A DNA stretch of 64,000 nt from Phoronis australis (taxonomy: Eukaryota > Animalia > Phoronida): positions 1 to 64,000 of the forward strand of contig NMRA01000817.1 of the NCBI GenBank assembly GCA_002633005.1, given 5' to 3'. Numbering within the stretch: position 1 is the stretch's first letter; each line of letters opens with the position of its first letter. The notes beneath the pieces are model-generated. The model worked only from the letters and a program-made list of their open reading frames with translations. It was not told the origin of the DNA and ran no database searches. Positions 62,820 to 64,000 of this stretch are shown in pieces. Both the position numbers and the translations under genes were made by a program.

Positions 62820-64000
62820 CGTGTAGTGTATTTAGAACTCAAAAAAATCACAAGTCGAAACCACACAGATCTAGGTTCTCCTGTCTGTATTTCACGGAAG
62901 AATACTTCGAATTTATCTCCGAAGAGACCCCAAACTTCCATAATGATAAATTGTCTTGAGAGACCGTCCGGAGCTAGTTGGTATATGGCGCAAGTCCGGA
63001 CGGTCTGAGGTCAACAAAAAACCACAGTTCAATTGTGCGTGTACACCAATGTGATAAACGAGAGTAGTTCTACTTGCTGCGTCAGTTGCAGGTATGCTTA
63101 TCTCTTTTATGTATGGCACACAATGTGAGACCGGGCAAAGTGTTTTCAAAATAATGTGGATAAATCAGTGGAGTGTGAGACCCCTGAGGTCCCTGTCAAG
63201 TCCTCACGACAATTCTACATTATGTGCTCCGCGGGACCTTGGTTAATTGACCTGCCGAATTTTGTAGGCTACGGTGTGTCCAAATACCAATAAATCCGTT
63301 AACAGCGAAATAAAACAACACGTTTTTATAAGAACTCGGTGTATTTTTAAGAGTTTTACATCGAAGTTTTACGATTTATTGGTGTTAAACGATGAATTCA
63401 ACCCATGAGCTGACACCAGTAACCCGTGTTGTGAACTGCTGAACAGACTGCGTGTGAAACCAATGACGTCATTGGATAATTTCAACACCTCCGTCTGCCG
63501 TCATGTGTCAGGTAACGCAACCGTACGTGCCGTTATCGAGTAGAATTACCCGATCTAAATTGATGCAAAGTAGGTTGTTTTTTGGGTGGCATTCTCCTTT
63601 AACGTCGTGTAGCAAAAGTGTATTTGCCTCCGCCGGGCGTCTTGTTTGTTTGTCTGGTGTCACGTGCCCTTTCGCAGGGAGGCAGAGCTTGTGATATGTC
63701 ATTTATCCCCAAGAGGTGTTTCATGTCGGCGCATGTGCAAACTCCAATCATTGGGATTTGAACACCAAAAAGGAACTACATGTAGCTGATCTCAAATGAC
63801 TCCACGCAACGGCCATCCTCAATCCTTTGTCTTCCTCCTGGCCTACTGATAGCTCTTTAAGCACGGGGGCGTTCGACGTCGACGCCATTTTGAGAATCAC
63901 ATGACTCGAAAAAACAGTTGTTTCTGAGGAGATCTTGGTGTTTCTAAGAGAGCTTGTTTTCATTTAGGTGCTGAGTAGACAAGAGTTGATAAGATTTACG

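Noticed and set aside
61547-63963. ORF fragments (61547..61960 +, 61687..61875 -, 63508..63963 -) and an exon-like 49-nt segment 61607-61655
   Set aside because: Interrupted by stops, no phase-consistent multi-exon model, and only a vague degenerate zinc-finger-like LHMRRH; probably decayed TE sequence.

Overview
Eukaryotic (animal) genomic DNA: AT-rich, with GT-AG introns and many transposon relics. The frequent TACATGTA and GTAGGCCTAC motifs suggest a marine invertebrate deuterostome such as a hemichordate, echinoderm or amphioxus (inference only). I reconstructed genes by hand with phase-consistent splice sites: (1) a 5'-incomplete, Cys-rich, probably GPI-anchored protein (+, exons 7179-7311, 8237-8357, 8754-9002) whose six-Cys spacing and intron position resemble vertebrate neuritin/CPG15; (2) a complete 5-exon METTL27/WBSCR27-like SAM methyltransferase (-, 17860-11723, 223 aa); (3) HPRT (+, six exons 24961-41102, first exon unresolved); (4) an intronless 200-aa orphan ORF convergent on HPRT (-, 43254-42652); (5) an intronless 440-aa P-loop sulfotransferase-like gene (+, 53685-55007). 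The rest is MITEs and other non-autonomous DNA transposons (5-bp, 6-bp, TA and TTAA target duplications), a probable LTR fragment, a decayed CR1/L2-type LINE, minisatellites and a perfect 36-bp hairpin. The most notable observations are the neuritin-like gene and an 89-bp tandem amplification of the HPRT intron 2/exon 3 junction, which creates decoy splice acceptors, one followed at once by a TAG stop. No CRISPR array, rRNA or tRNA was found.
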